NCBI GenBank assembly: GCA_964584335.1
Contig: CAZOZN010000002.1
Span: 8,025 to 72,024 of the forward strand
DNA: 64,000 nucleotides
Source: an uncultured archaeon
GTDB lineage: Archaea > Aenigmatarchaeota > Aenigmatarchaeia > PWEA01 > JAGHBM01
Direction of reading: 5' to 3'
The notes below the pieces were generated by a model that was not told the DNA's origin, ran no database searches, and was given only the letters and a program-made list of their open reading frames with translations. Both the position numbers and the translations under genes were made by a program. The first letter of the stretch is position 1, and each line of letters opens with the position of its first letter. This document shows, one piece after another, positions 63,907-64,000 of this stretch.

Positions 63907-64000
63907 AATTCTATGTATAGTTTACCGTCTTTCTTTCTTACTATACCCTTTATTACACCCCTTCCTTCATAGCCAGCGTGCCTACACAAGCCGCTTATCT
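63903..64000 (-). CDS. 3' end of a minus-strand CDS running off the right window edge (C-terminus ...GYEGRGVIKGIVRKKDGKLYIEF*); function undetermined.
   Basis: Open frame on the minus strand from the window edge to TAA (complement of 63903-63905), convergent with pelota. Not in the ORF track because it is truncated. Confidence 0.3.
   Translation of the reverse strand, partial: ISGLCRHAGYEGRGVIKGIVRKKDGKLYIEF

Overview
AT-rich, lysine-rich archaeal chromosome segment. The archaeal assignment rests on aEF-1alpha, split RNA polymerase B''/B' and A'/A'' subunits, e-type ribosomal proteins, Sm, Pelota, Cbf5 and EF-1beta. It looks like a reduced (DPANN-like) genome; that is inference.

Most of the window is translation and transcription core:
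- tuf-rps10;
- the long L3-L4-L23-L2-S19-L22-S3-L29-SUI1-Rpp29-S17-L14-L24-S4e-L5-S14-S8-L6-L32e-L19e-L18-S5-L30-L15-SecY operon;
- S13-S4-S11-RpoD-L18e-L13-S9-RpoN;
- RpoH-RpoB''-RpoB'-RpoA'-RpoA''-L30e-NusA.

Non-core content stands out.
(1) At the left edge there is a giant (>2,590 aa, runs off the window) signal-peptide-bearing surface protein on the minus strand. It has a subtilisin (S8) catalytic domain, Ser/Thr low-complexity linkers, about 45-aa Cys-containing repeats and two parallel beta-helix (PbH1-like) regions. It is translationally coupled (ATGA) to a 70-aa winged-helix regulator. It is absent from the ORF track only because it is truncated by the window edge.
(2) A minus-strand cluster at 53.9-62.8 kb holds eight co-oriented surface or membrane genes: two paralogous pilin-like proteins with class-III-type signal peptides, three paralogous lipobox-bearing secreted proteins, and large Zn-ribbon membrane proteins.
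(3) Twelve tRNA genes plus a stand-alone 5S rRNA were found. At least ten tRNAs carry introns. Four carry the intron at the same non-canonical T-loop position (about 59/60). Three appear to carry two or three introns each.
(4) The ribosomal operons contain lineage-specific insertions: a small membrane ORF between L3 and L4, a zinc-ribbon ORF between L32e and L19e, and classical C2H2 zinc-finger tails on uS3 and uL24.
(5) Also present are a GH37 trehalase, a HTH + MinD/ParA pair, and a tRNA-thiolation neighbourhood (ThiI, TtuA/NcsA-like, HD hydrolase, ThiS-like beta-grasp protein ending in -RG instead of -GG).

No CRISPR array, transposase or integrase was seen.
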